In this document: in pieces, positions 1 through 12,740 of the stretch
Position numbering within the stretch: the stretch's first letter is position 1
Layout: each line of letters opens with the position of its first letter
Assembly (NCBI RefSeq): GCF_009914755.1
Contig: NC_060942.1
DNA length: 64,000 bases
Reading direction: 5' to 3' (one strand)
Source of the DNA: the human T2T-CHM13v2.0 reference genome, Homo sapiens
Notes under the pieces: generated by a model
The model's database searches: none
What the model was told of the DNA's origin: nothing
What the model saw: the letters and a program-made list of their open reading frames with translations, nothing else
Program-made: the position numbers and the translations under genes

Positions 1-378
1 CTCAACAAGTGGACCAGCAAAGACAAAATGGCTGAAGATGAAGTTGAGGTATACATACCCCAGTTCAAATTAGAAGAGCATTATGAACTCAGATCCATTC
101 TGAGAAGCATGGGCATGGAGGACGCCTTCAACAAGGGACGGGCCAATTTCTCAGGGATGTCGGAGAGGAATGACCTGTTTCTTTCTGAAGTGTTCCACCA
201 AGCCATGGTGGATGTGAATGAGGAGGGCACTGAAGCAGCCGCTGGCACAGGAGGTGTTATGACAGGGAGAACTGGACATGGAGGCCCACAGTTTGTGGCA
301 GATCATCCGTTTCTTTTTCTTATTATGCATAAGATAACCAAGTGCATTTTATTTTTCGGCAGATTTTGCTCACCCTAA
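1..378 (+). CDS. SERPINB2: SERPINB2 (PAI-2) last coding exon, 5'-partial
   Basis: In frame from base 1: [26 protein letters not shown]...[33 protein letters not shown]...FFGRFCSP*. Serpin hinge and signature motif; P1 Arg380 codon at 268-270; TAA at 376-378. Confidence 0.98.
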   Translation, partial: LNKWTSKDKMAEDEVEVYIPQFKLEEHYELRSILRSMGMEDAFNKGRANFSGMSERNDLFLSEVFHQAMVDVNEEGTEAAAGTGGVMTGRTGHGGPQFVADHPFLFLIMHKITKCILFFGRFCSP

Positions 379-654
379 AACTAAGCGTGCTGCTTCTGCA
401 AAAGATTTTTGTAGATGAGCTGTGTGCCTCAGAATTGCTATTTCAAATTGCCAAAAATTTAGAGATGTTTTCTACATATTTCTGCTCTTCTGAACAACTT
501 CTGCTACCCACTAAATAAAAACACAGAAATAATTAGACAATTGTCTATTATAACATGACAACCCTATTAATCATTTGGTCTTCTAAAATGGGATCATGCC
601 CATTTAGATTTTCCTTACTATCAGTTTATTTTTATAACATTAACTTTTACTTTG

Positions 655-663
655 TTATTTATT
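655..663 (+). promoter_or_regulatory. SERPINB2: AU-rich element (UUAUUUAUU nonamer) in the SERPINB2 3' UTR
   Basis: TTATTTATT at 655-663 in a U-rich tract about 300 nt before the poly(A) site. Matches the known PAI-2 mRNA instability element. Confidence 0.85.
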
Positions 664-933
664 ATTTTATATAATGGTGAGTTTTTAAATTATTGCTCAC
701 TGCCTATTTAATGTAGCTAATAAAGTTATAGAAGCAGATGATCTGTTAATTTCCTATCTAATAAATGCCTTTAATTGTTCTCATAATGAAGAATAAGTAG
801 GTATCCCTCCATGCCCTTCTATAATAAATATCTGGAAAAAACATTAAACAATAGGCAAATATATGTTATGTGCATTTCTAGAAATACATAACACATATAT
901 ATGTCTGTATCTTATATTCAATTGCAAGTATAT

Positions 934-943
934 AATAAATAAA
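934..943 (+). terminator. SERPINB2: SERPINB2 polyadenylation signal (two overlapping AATAAA)
   Basis: AATAAATAAA at 934-943, followed by CA-rich cleavage candidates near 955-960 and a GT/T-rich tract (tttgttgtcattt). Confidence 0.85.
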
Positions 944-2377
944 CCTGCTTCCAAACAACAATACATTTGTTGTCATTTCATTAGGTCTGCAGATCATAGA
1001 CCTTGACTCCTAGGAGTTGAGCATTATGACTCACTTGCGAGAACTCAGAAAAAATAGACAGGATGAAGGAGCCAAGGACATAACAACCTTCATTCAAAAA
1101 GACCCAATGTTGAGGGTCAGTGGGATGGGGTTGTATGAAAAATGGGTTAGAGCTGCTTTCTCACAGCAGCAAAGACATAGCAATTCAGAATAGTCTAGGT
1201 TAGAGTCCTTTGGGGAAACCACTGTCTAAACATTAAGGACACCAGGATTAATGACCAAGTCCAGTGGTCCAGACACAGAAGAAGGCCTCAGTCATTGAGC
1301 TCAGAGTTGCAAGCAGTGAAGATGGGAGATGGGTTGGGTGCAAGAGCAGGAGGGGAAACAAAAGATGGCTCTTTCTAAGTGTGTTTGTTTCTAATAGCAG
1401 TAATGCTTTTGAATGAGTCAGAGGTAGAGGAGAACATAATTGAAGACCTGAGAAATAAGGCAAATTGTAGGTTGGGGGCCTGAACAACAGAGTCTGGCTG
1501 CAGAAGTGCGGCTGGATCCTGGAAATGCAGCACACTCCCTTTGATGGCAGGCAGGGATGCTTGATGCACTAGAACATGGTAGCTAAAAAAGTGGCCTCAA
1601 GACTTAGACTCTCTGCCTCCAAATCCCAGTTGTAACACTTACAAGTAGCTTCAACACAGGCCAACCATGGTGCTTCTTTGTGCTTCAGTTTTCTCTCAGT
1701 GAAAACTAAAGAAAAAACTGTTTTTATCATATTGCTATAATGACTAAATGAGTTCATATATATCCAGCAATTAAAAGAATACTTGGCATATATAATATTT
1801 AATAAATATTAGTGATTATGATCTATCTTATCTTTGTCAGTAATAAAACTGTCTCACTCTAAGCTGGTCAAACACGAATCCCAGAAAATTACTCAGTTAA
1901 CTTTTTAAGGCTTGAATAATGGTGTATTTCTTCTAATCAGACATTCCTGAAAATTAAGAGTTGCTGTTTCTTGCATTCTTCTACTTACTTTTAATTTCAT
2001 TTCTCTATGTGCTTTAATAACTCTGCAAGGTGGTAGGTGGTAACTTTGTGAATTATCATGAGTCTTAAAATATCCATATTTCACTCTCATTATTGAGTTA
2101 GAGTATAGATATACAATTCTGGGTTCCAAGTGCTTTTCAGCACTTTGAGGGTATGATTTTATTGTCTTTTTGGTACCCAAAATTGTTGATAGGAAAGTTG
2201 ATGTTAAGATAATTCTTGCCCCTTATAATTTTCATTTTTTTGTTTTTGATTTTTTTGATATTTCATTACATTAAGGATATTTTTTAAATCATATTTTAAA
2301 AAGCTTATCCTGTTCAGCAGAAGAATTTTCTATCTGGAAACTTATATCTCATTTCAGTTCTGGGAAACCTCAGCCCT

Positions 2378-2743
2378 CACTATGGGCTCAATATATCTTC
2401 CCAAAATTAATATGTTGAAACTTTAATCCCAAGTGTGATGGTACTTGGAGGTGGTTCCTTTGGAAGATAATTAGGGTTAGATGAGGTCATGAGGGCAGAA
2501 TCCATGATGGAATTACTGCCCTCATAAGGAGCTCTAGGCACCAGATCTTTTTCTATCTGTCATGTGAGGATATAACAAGAAAGCAGTCATCTGTGAATCA
2601 GGAAGAGGCCCTCACTAGAACCTAACCATGTGGAAACACCCCTCTCAGATTACCAGTCTCCAGAACCATGAGAAATACATGTTTGTAGTTTATGCCACAC
2701 AATCTATGGTATTCTGTCATAGCAACCTGAACCGACTAAGACA
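2378..2743 (+). mobile_element. MaLR solo LTR (MLT1-type)
   Basis: Starts ctatgggct...cccaaaatt.atatgttgaa; ends tatggtattctgtcatagcaacctgaaccgactaagaca, typical MLT1 termini. Confidence 0.8.
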
Positions 2744-3167
2744 GCAATTATCTACTCAATTGCTTGGCGCCAGTTGATCTACTCTCTTCTTCTGGATTCC
2801 TACTAAGATAATATTGATGCATCTGATGCTCCTCTCTCTGTTTCCAAATTTTTTGAGTACCTAATAAATTCACATGGCCCAAACATCAAATATCATAAAA
2901 AAGACTAGAGTGAAAAGTCTTCCTTCCACTCCTGTTCCCTATTCATTTAGCTCCTATTTCTCTGTCTTTACTAGTAATATATGTGCATATTGCAGTATAC
3001 ACACAGGGTCATAAATAAAAACAACAAACAAACAAAATTGTTCTAATAATACTGTATTATTAACTTTGTACATGATTACCCCTTTCTCTTTCCTAGTCCC
3101 CCAACAGGCAACAAAATAATGTACAGCTATGATTTTACTATTGTAGGCAGTATACCTATACGTAGGG

Positions 3168-3578
3168 TGATATAGTTTGGATATTTGTCCCTGACCAAAT
3201 CTCATGTTGAACTGTAATCCCCAATACTGGAAGTAGGGCTTGGTGGGAGGTGTTTGGATCCTAGAGGCTGATCCCTTATGGCTTGGTGCTGCCTTCATGA
3301 TAGTGAGTTCTCATGAGATCTGGTCACTTAAAGGTGTGTGGCAACTCCCCCAACCCTCTCTCTCTCTTGTTCCTGCTTCTATCATATGGTATGCCTGCCC
3401 CCCCCTTTGCCTTCTGCCATGATTATAAGCTTCCTGAGGCCTCCCCAGAAGCTGAGCAGATGCCATCACTATGCTTCCTATACAGCCTGCAGAACTGTGA
3501 GCCAGTTAAACCTCTTTTCTTTACAAATTACCCAGTCTTGGGCATTTCCTTACAGCAATGCAAGAATGGCCTAATACA
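3168..3578 (+). mobile_element. MaLR solo LTR (MST-type) with 5-bp TSD TAGGG
   Basis: TGATATAGTTTGGATATTTGTCCC...GGCCTAATACA termini; TAGGG at 3163-3167 and 3579-3583. Confidence 0.9.
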
Positions 3579-4471
3579 TAGGGGGTTTAATCAAGAAGTG
3601 AGGAAGAAATCTGGAGAAGGTTTTGAGGGAAAAAATGAATAAAACTTAATCTTTGACTTTAGGGAAGATGAAACCATTTGTTGCATAAATCCGCAAAATC
3701 TACATTGATGCCTTTACTATAACATAAGCAACACAAGCAAGTTTTCATGCTGGGTGGTGTTGCAGCCCAAGTCACTGTGGTGGACTGCTGTCAGTCAAGG
3801 CGAGCAGTCCTTCTATCTGGAGGCTCCATATGATGCTTTTTCTAATAGCAGTCCTGGAGGCATCCTTGGATAATCATATCTGCTCAGTGCAAAGTTGGGC
3901 AGGCATCATGGAACTTTCTAGCACACATCTCATTCCCTAGTGAAATCCAGAGTACCACTTTGCTCTGGGTTCCATATCAACATTCAAATATTAAAGTCTG
4001 AGCCATCTTGCCAGAAAATAAGTATGCCTCTGTGAAGAGAAAAACAGGAACTACGTGAGAAAAATATATAAAATAGTTTATAAATAGAGAGGCTCCTTCT
4101 TTGTCTTAATCCCTCCTGGAGATGTCTTCCTGTTCCAATCCCTCTCCCCATGACCCTCCCCGCCTTCCTCCATACACATGCAAATGAAACAAATGGCCTG
4201 TTATTTTTCTTTTGTAATAAATAAGGAGTGAAAAAGCATTCCTTGGGAAAAATAAAAGAGAACCAGAAAATGATGAACTAACATCCGACCCAATAATGGT
4301 GTCTAAAATTTTGATCCAAAACCCTTGTCCCTGCTAGTGGGGAAAACAGACATCCCAGTCATTCAAGTGATGCTCTGGGTTCTACACCAATGCTCTAAAT
4401 GAGAACAGAAAATCTTCCGGGGTGCCTTTCACATAGTAACTGAGAGCCATTTTTAACAGGCTTACAATAAA

Positions 4472-4635
4472 GGCCAGGCATGATGGGTTGTGCCTGAAAT
4501 CCCAGCACTTTGAGAGGCCAGAGGTGGGAGGATCACTTGAGCCCAGGAGCTAGAAGCTGCTGGGAAATATTATTGCACCACTGCCCTTCAGTCTGGGTGA
4601 CAGAGTGAGACCCTATTTCTAGAAAAAACAAAACA
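4472..4635 (+). mobile_element. Old Alu monomer (FLAM/FRAM-like)
   Basis: ggccaggcatg...tcccagcactttg...gatcacttgagcccaggag...gacagagtgagaccc plus an A-rich tail; single arm only. Confidence 0.85.
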
Positions 4636-5027
4636 GACACAACACAAATTAATAATTCAGTAATATTTTCAATTTCATTGATCATTATTATTCCACTAAT
4701 TTGAAGCTTTCTATTTGTGTTTTATAAAAAAAATACTACCTGGGAAAACCATGCCAAATATTCTCTGTTGGCAGACTAGAGAAAGGATTAAGCAAAAAAA
4801 GGATGAGTTACAATTTGTCAGAATCCAGGTCTCTCATGTGTACAGAGATGGAAAATGTGAGTAACTAAACAACTCAGGCAAACCCTTAACTGTCTCTTTC
4901 TGTCTTTTTATTGAGACTTCTGACAAAAATAAGCCTGAAAGAAAGAGTATACATGCTTGTGAAACTGAATCAAAGGGTGGAGCTAAGAACAGGGAGGTGC
5001 TAAAATTTTTTTTTTTTTTTTTAATTT

Positions 5028-5114
5028 CTTCAGTTGAAAGTTTCTCAACTCTTCAGCCACAATCTCTTACTGCAGGAGCAAATTGCCAATTCTGCTCCAG
5101 TGGGAGAAAACAAG
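5028..5114 (+). other. SERPINB10: Probable non-coding exon 1 of SERPINB10
   Basis: Unique sequence ending AACAAG|gtattg (donor at 5115). Clade-B serpins have a non-coding exon 1, and the exon-2 acceptor lies 9 nt before the ATG. Placement relies partly on recalled gene structure; the TSS is approximate. Confidence 0.55.
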
Positions 5115-7369
5115 GTATTGTAAATATTTCTTTGGTTAATGATTTTATTTATGTTTTTCTTCTTGGTTGAAGTGCCCAGCTAGGTAACAAATAATGAAGA
5201 CCCCTTCCCCCAAAAAAGTCCAGAAATAATAGATAAGGCCCAATCCCTTAAGAATTTGTCTGTATAAGTCAGAGAGTAACCTGAGCTGGTTTGAAGTTTG
5301 TACTAGAAAAAGGGATATGGGAGAAAGAACATTCATTCCCAAAAAAAGTTAGAGAAATTGTTTTTCTAGGAATTGTGGAGTGGAATTTGCTCCTTGTTTT
5401 ACTGGGAATTGAGAAATCATCAGTGGAGTTTCCTCCAGTCACATTTATGTATCTGTCAACATAGGCAGAGATAAATAAAATATTCTCTCAGGACGGTTGA
5501 GCCAAAACCCTTCAACTCTTTAGGAAATGTGAGCTTGGCACCCTGAATTTGGATCCTATTCATTAATATATGGAATTCATGGTTTGACTCTTTAACTGTT
5601 ACCCCCACAAACCCAAAACCCCACTCTCCTCTCCTGGCCACCATTTCATGGGCCATTAGCTTTCTTCTCTTCTGTGGAATAATAAATGTTCCTAATCCCC
5701 CACATCATACTAGGTGCTCTTCATAAACCACCCCAAACTATTACCTGTTTCTAAAAAAGGCCTTAGGTGAATAGAGAGGTGCTGGGGATTGGGGAAGCTG
5801 TCATTCTCTGATATGCACAACTCCATGAGGAGGTAATATTATCAGTGTCATCAGAAAGGCAAGAGGCCCTTGGGAGTGTCTCATGGAAAACGGGACAAGA
5901 ATCCTCCCCACTCTCCAGATCTTCTTTCTCCTCCTGATGGTTCTCTATCATGTAATCTCTCTCTTTAGCCACTAAAATCTTAAACACAATGAGATACAAT
6001 GGCAAGAGCAACTGTATTCACAGTCAAGATAACACAGTTGCAGTTTTGACTCTGCTGTGCATCCTTTGCTCAATCAACCTCTCTCAGCTTCAGTTTCTTA
6101 GCAGACAAAATGGGGGAGCTGGGTTAGGGAGATTCTAAGGGTCTTTCCAACACTGATGTGCTAGGGGCATGCGATGATGAAATGTCTATGATGAGACATT
6201 TTGATGAATGACACTATCCTTTTCTTGCTTTCTTAATTCTCTTTGGCTTCTCCTCTGAGCCTGTCTACAGGTTAAGCTCATAGATGATCAGTTTATAGCT
6301 CTTGAAAACTGCAAAAGAGCAATTAATTTTGAAAATAACCTGGTAGACTTCTGACCTACACATTTGCAGTCTTCTCTGAAAATATAATTGTCCAACATTT
6401 GTATGGAATAATTATTTCCTGTAAAATTTCACCTCACAATTCTACACCCTTCAGAAAGTATTTTTCATTGTTGGGTTAAATATCACTAATGGATGGCTTA
6501 GTACTTCATTAGATTTCTTTAAAAAAAGAAAATAAAGAATTGTTTCTCTTGTATGTTCTGGGTAACATCTGATATACAAATAATGATATTAATAAGGGAA
6601 TTAATGAAGATGAGTACAACTAAATATTAAGCTTACATGAGAAATTAGCTTTTATAATAGAGAATTATTGTTTTCAGGAACATGTTACAAGTAAATAAAC
6701 ACTGGAATAACCATACACTGAGGTAGAAAAACCCCAGCCTCTGAAATGGTACTTTCTCCCCATTTCATGAAGAGTGTGGTTTGGCCAAAAACCAAACATT
6801 TTCCGTGTAAATTTAATTCATGAGTTTTAAAAATACAAAGCTTGATATATACTGTATGCAGGTAACAAAATGTTATTTGAGTGAGTAAGAGCCTTAAAGG
6901 AAATACAGAGTTATTTTGAAGATGGCATTTGATCTGTTGAGGAAGAAAGTCACAGGCAAATATTCAATATTTTATGAGAGTGTAGAATTACTACAGATCT
7001 ACAGTCTTTTTTGTTTTCTATTTAATCAAATAATGTCAGCCTGGGATTATCATAAGCTTTTGGAGTAGACAGGAGCCACACCTAGGGCATGATTTAGAGG
7101 TGGGGAAGCTGTTTGGTTAAGTGTAAGTTTGTGGCTAGGGGGGATTCCCACAGTATCACTATTAACTCCAAGTTATGATGAAACCAAAACTTTGTCTACA
7201 CATGCCTCTCTCATGATTAAGTTATTTGAGTATAGAGAATTCCTGACGTTTTCCAAAGCTCTCATTCTAGGTTTCTCAGAAGGCCAGGTGACGTTCATGC
7301 AAGACCTAACTCTACACAACTTTGGCATTAATGAGATTTCCTAGGTATAAGAATTTGAATTATTTTATT

Positions 7370-10300
7370 TTTCAAATAATTTCAGTTTTTACTTTTGACT
7401 CAGAGGGTACATATGCAGGTTTGTTAGAAGGGTATAATGTGTGATGCTGAGGTTGAGGTTTGATTGAGTCCATCACCTAGGTAGTGAGCATAGTACCCAA
7501 TAGTTAGTTTTTCAATCTTTTCTCCATTCTCTGCCTCCCCATTCTAGTAGTCCCCAGTGTCTATTTTTGCCGTCTTTAAGTCTATGAGTACCCAATGCTT
7601 ATGTCCCACTTATAAATGAGAACATGTGGTATTTTGTTCCTGTCATAATTTGCTTAGGATAACAGCCTCTAGTGCATCCATGTTGCAGCAAGAGACATGA
7701 TTTAATTCCTTCTTTTGGTTGCATAGTATTCCATGGTGTGTATGTACCAGGTATTCCTTATCCAATCCAACACTGATAGGCACCTAGGTTGATTTCATGT
7801 CTTTGCTATTGTGAATAGTGCGGTGATGAACACGTGTGTGTGTGTGTGCGTGTCTCTTTGGTAGAATGATTTATTTTCTTTTGAATGTATACCCAGTAAT
7901 GGGATTGCTGGGTTGAAGGGTAGTTCTAACTTCCTTGGGAAATCTCCAATCTGCTTTCCATAGTAGCTGATCTAATTTACATTTCCATCAACAGTGTACC
8001 CTTTTCTCCACAGCGTCATCAGCATCTCTTGTTTTTTGACTTCTTAATAATAGCCATTCTGACATATACAAGGTAGTATTCATTATGGTTTGGACTTGCA
8101 TTTCTCTAATGATTAATGATGTTGAGCATTTTTTCATGTTTGTTGCCCACTTGTATGTCTTCTTTTGAGAAGTGTCTGTTCATGTCCTTTGGCATTTTTT
8201 AATGGGGTTGTTTTTTGCTTGTTGAATTAAGTTCCTTGTACATAATGGATATTAAACTTTTGTCAGTGGAATAGTTTGCAAATATTTTCTTCCATTCTGT
8301 AGTTGTCTGTTTACGCTGTTGATAGTTTCTTTTGCTGTGCAGAAGCTCTTCAGTTTAATTAGGTCTCACTTTGTTTTTTGTTGCAATTGCTTTTGAAGAC
8401 TTAGTCATGAATACTTCCCCCAACACTGATATCCAGAATGGCGTTTCCTGGATTTTTTTTTTCTAGGATTCTGATAGTCTGAGATCTTACATTCAAGTCT
8501 TTAGTCTATCTTTAGTTAATTTTTGTACATGTTGAAAAGTAGGGTCTACTTTCATTTTTCTGGATATGGTTAACCAGCTATCCCAGTATCATTTATTGAA
8601 TAGAGTCCTTTCCCAATTGCTTGTTTTTGTTTACTTTGGTAAAGATTAGATGTCTGTAGGTGTGCAGCTTTATTTCTAAGTTCTCTATTCTGTTCCATTG
8701 GCCTATGTGTCTGTTTTTGTGCCAGCACCAGGCTGTTTTGGTTACTGCAGGCTTATAGTGTAGTTTGAAGTTGGGTAACGTGATGCTTCCAGGTTTGTTC
8801 TTTTTGCTTAGGGTTGCTTTGGATATTGGGGCTCTTTTCTTGTTCCATATGAAATTTAGAATAGTTTTTTCCAATTCTGTGAAAAATGACGTTGGTAGTT
8901 TGATAGAAATAGCATTCCATCCGAGGTTTGCCTTCGGCAGTATGGCCATTTTAACAATATTGATTTTTCCTGTCCATGAGCATGGAATGTTTTTCCATTT
9001 GTTTGTATATTTAAGATTTTTAGCAGTGTTTTTTTTTACCTCACTTTGTAGAGATCTTTCAATTTCTTCATCAGGTGTATTCCTGGGTATTTTATTTTAT
9101 TTTATTTTTTGGCTATCGTAAATGGAATTGTAGTCTTGAGTTGGCTCCCTGTTTGAATGTTATTGGTATATAGAAATGGTACTGATTTTTGTATGTCGAT
9201 TTTGTGTTCTGAAACTTTACTGAAGCCATTTTTCGGTTCCAGGAGGCTTTTGGTGGAGTCTTTAGGGTTTTGTAAGTATAGAATTATATTGTCAATGAAG
9301 AGAGATAGTTTGACTTCTTCTTTTCCTATTTGGGTGCCTTTTATGTCTTTCTCTTGTCTCATTGCTCTGGCCAGGACTTCTAGTACTATGTTGAATAGGA
9401 GTGGTAAAGAGTAGGCATTCTTGTCTTGTTCCAGTTCTCAAGGGGAATGCTTCCAGCTTTTGCCTATTCAGTATGATATTGGCTGTGGGTTTGTTACAGA
9501 TAGCTCTTATTATTTTGAGGTATATTCCTTCAACACCTAGTCTGTTGAGGGTTTTTATCATGAATGGATATTGGATTTTATTGAAAGCTTTCTCCACCTC
9601 TATTGAGATGATCAGATGTTTTTTGTTTTTAATTGTGTGGTAAATCACATTTACTGACTTGTGTATGTTGAACCAATATAGTACTCCAGGAACAAAGCCT
9701 ACTTGATGGTGGTAAATTAATTTTTTGATATGCTGCTGGATTCAGCTTGCTAGGATTTTATTGAGCATTTTTGCATCTATGCTCATCAGAGATATTTGCC
9801 TATAGGTTTCTTCTTCTATTGTGTTTTTTCCAGGTTTTGGTATCAGGATGATGCTGGCTTTGTAGAATGAGTTAGAGAGGAGTCCCTCCTCTTTAATTTT
9901 TTGAAATTATTTCATCAGCATTGATGCCAGCTTGTCTTTGTACATCTGGTAGAATTCAGCTGTGAATCTACTAGTTCCAGGGCGTTTTTTGGTTGGTAGG
10001 ATTTTATAATTGATTCAATTTTGAAACATGATATTGATCTGTTCACGGTCTCAATATTTTCCTAATTTAATCTTGAGAGGTTGTGTGTTTTCAGGAATTT
10101 ATTCATTTTCTCTAGATTATCTAGTTTGTGTGCATAGAGGTAGTCATAGTAGTCTCTGAGGATCATTTGTGTTTCTCCAGGATCAGTTGTAATGTCACTT
10201 TTGTTATTTCTGATTGTGCTTATTTATATCTCCTCTTTTTTTCTTTGTTAATCTAGCCTGCAGTCTATCAATCATGTTTATACTTTCAAAAAACCAACTT

Positions 10301-11530
10301 TTGGTTTTGTTGATTCTTTGTATGGATTTTTGGGTCTCGATTTCATTCAGTTTTGCTGATTTTACTTATGTTTTTTTCGTTTGGAAGTTTTAGCATTAGT
10401 TTGTTTTTGTTTCTCTAGTTCGTCTAGGTCTGATGTTTGATAGTTAATATGAAATATTTCTAACTTTTTAAGGTAGGCATTTAGTGCTATAAACTTTCCT
10501 CCTAACACTGCTTTTCACTGCATCTTAGAGACTTTGGTATGTTATGTCTCTGTGTCTATTTCAAAGACGTTGATTTCTGCGGTAATTTCATTGTTTACCA
10601 AAAAGTCATTCAGTAGCACGTTGTTTAATTTCCAAGTAATTCTGTGGTTTTGAGAAATCTTCTTAGCATTGATTTCTATTTTTATTGCACTGTGGTCTGA
10701 GAGTATAGTTGGTACAATTTCAGTTTTTAAAAATTTGTTGAGACTTGCTTTATGGCTGAGCATGTAATCAATCTTGGAGTATATTCCGCGTGCAGATGAG
10801 AAGAATGTATATTTTGTGGTTGATGGCTGGAGTATTCTGTAGATGTTTATTAATAAGTTCAATTGGTCAAGTTTTTCTTTGTTAGTTTTCTCCCTCAATG
10901 ATCTGTCTAATGCTGTCAATGGGGTGTTAAAGTCCCCCACTATTGTTGTGTGTCTGTCTAAGTCTTTTTGTAGGTTGAAGAGTACTTGTCTTATGAATCT
11001 GAGTGCTCCAATGTTGGGTGCATATACGTTTAGTATAGTTAAGTCTTCTTGTTGAATTGAACCTTTTGCCATTATATAATACCCTTCTTTGTCACTTTTT
11101 ACTTTTGTTGGCTTAAAGCCTGTTGTATCTGATATAAGAATAGCACCCACTGCTCTATTTTGTTTTCAATTTGTGTGATAGTCCTTCCTCCAACCATTTA
11201 GTTTAAGCCTATGGGTGTTATTACATGTGAAATGGGTCTCTTAAAGACAGCATATTAATGGGTCTTGTTTTTTAATCCAACTTGTCACTCTGTGCTTTTT
11301 AAATATGGTGTTTAGCCCATTTACATTCAAGGTTAATATTGATATGTGAGGTGTTGATCCTATTGCGAAGTTATTAGCTGGTTGCTTTGTGGTTTCTATT
11401 GTGTGGTTGCTTTATAAAGTGTGTGTGCTACGTACTTAAGTAACAGGTATCATTCTTTTGTTTCCATTTTTAAAACTTCCTTAAGGATTTCTTGTAAGGC
11501 TGGTCTAGCAGTAACAGATTCCCTTAGCAC
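7370..11530 (-). mobile_element. Old primate L1 (L1PA13-16/L1PB-like), ~4.2 kb, decayed, in SERPINB10 intron 1
   Basis: Minus-strand ORFs 10542-11150 (endonuclease: [24 protein letters not shown]), 9292-9648, 9102-9362 and 8593-8949 (RT region). L1 3' UTR at 7370-7750. Confidence 0.95.
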
Positions 11531-12572
11531 TTGGTTAAATCGTTTAACTTATTCGAGAAATTATTTTGCCATAAAATCAAAATAGATGGAATTAACTATA
11601 GAAACCTAGTTTTAAAAGGCTTTTAAATTAAAATATTATGGTATTGCTTGGGTATGGTATATTGGCTTTGGTTTAGGGTGGACTTGGTAGCATAATATCC
11701 ATGCAGTTTCCTCAGTTGTAGTCATCATCAATAATGTCTGCAGTTGCCTCAGTGGTCCAAGCTGTGAGTGTTTGTGATGGAGTGGTGGTGGTGCACATTT
11801 GCTGTGGATTGGGGCACCTGTCATTTTCAGGCCAGGTACATGCAGGTGTGGTAGGCTGGCCAGCTGTTTGGTTGCTTCCATTAGAGATGACATTTAGATG
11901 TTGAGTATAATATCAAAAAAGATGAGGAAAACTGAGTACTCTTGTTCCAGAAGACCAGTTTCAGAGGGTCTCAAATGAGTGAGAATAAAGACAAACAGTC
12001 TTAACTTCTCAATTTCTCTACAAGCATTTTCCAATTAGTTGTGCATGATTCCATGTTTGCATAAATTAAAAATGGTAGTTACAGCCCAAACCATGAATAT
12101 CGTAAATGAGTAATAAATATTTACAAGCACCCATTTTGTGCAAAATCCTTAGCTAGGTGCTGTTGGGTGCACGAAGCAGCATAAAAAGAATATTTTGCTC
12201 TCAATAAGCTTATGCTGGAGTTGGAAAAACTAGATACAAACACATGGAAACAAAACTGGTGGTGTGAAAAATGTCAAGAGAGTGGCAAAAACTATGTTAT
12301 GGGACTCAGCTTTTAACTGACCAGAATCCATTTATTCTCTAATGCACATTAGCACTAAAATTTGAGGCAATTCCCGTAAATTCTCTAAACTTCAGTGTTT
12401 TAATATATAAAATACTATTATTGGACTAGAATTTTGCTAAAGTCTATTCAGCTCATATGACAATGTATATGGATATGTATGCAACTATGAATACATATTT
12501 TTTCAAAGGTGAAGTGGAAATAAATATTAATATGCTCTCTAATTTTTGCTTTATTTTTCTTAGGTTTCCTCA

Positions 12573-12740
12573 ATGGACGCTCTAGCAACATCAATCAACC
12601 AGTTTGCCCTGGAGTTGAGCAAAAAGCTAGCTGAATCTGCTCAGGGTAAAAATATCTTCTTTTCTTCCTGGAGCATCTCAACTTCCTTGACCATGGTGTA
12701 TTTGGGCGCCAAAGGTACCACTGCAGCCCAAATGGCCCAG
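12573..12740 (+). CDS. SERPINB10: SERPINB10 exon 2 (aa 1-56)
   Basis: Acceptor ttcttag|g at 12563/12564, ATG at 12573, [18 protein letters not shown]...AAQMAQ, donor CAG|gtgagt; 168 nt. Confidence 0.97.

Noticed and set aside
1004-1420. AP-1 heptamers (TGACTCA 1027, TGAGTCA 1414) and a 12-bp palindrome (1006-1017) downstream of SERPINB2
   Set aside because: Several such heptamers are expected by chance in 64 kb, and others occur (15924, 19302, 34141). There is no independent support for an enhancer.
8593-11150. ORFs of 70-202 aa on both strands
   Set aside because: They are broken L1 ORF2 pieces and their antisense shadows, not host genes.
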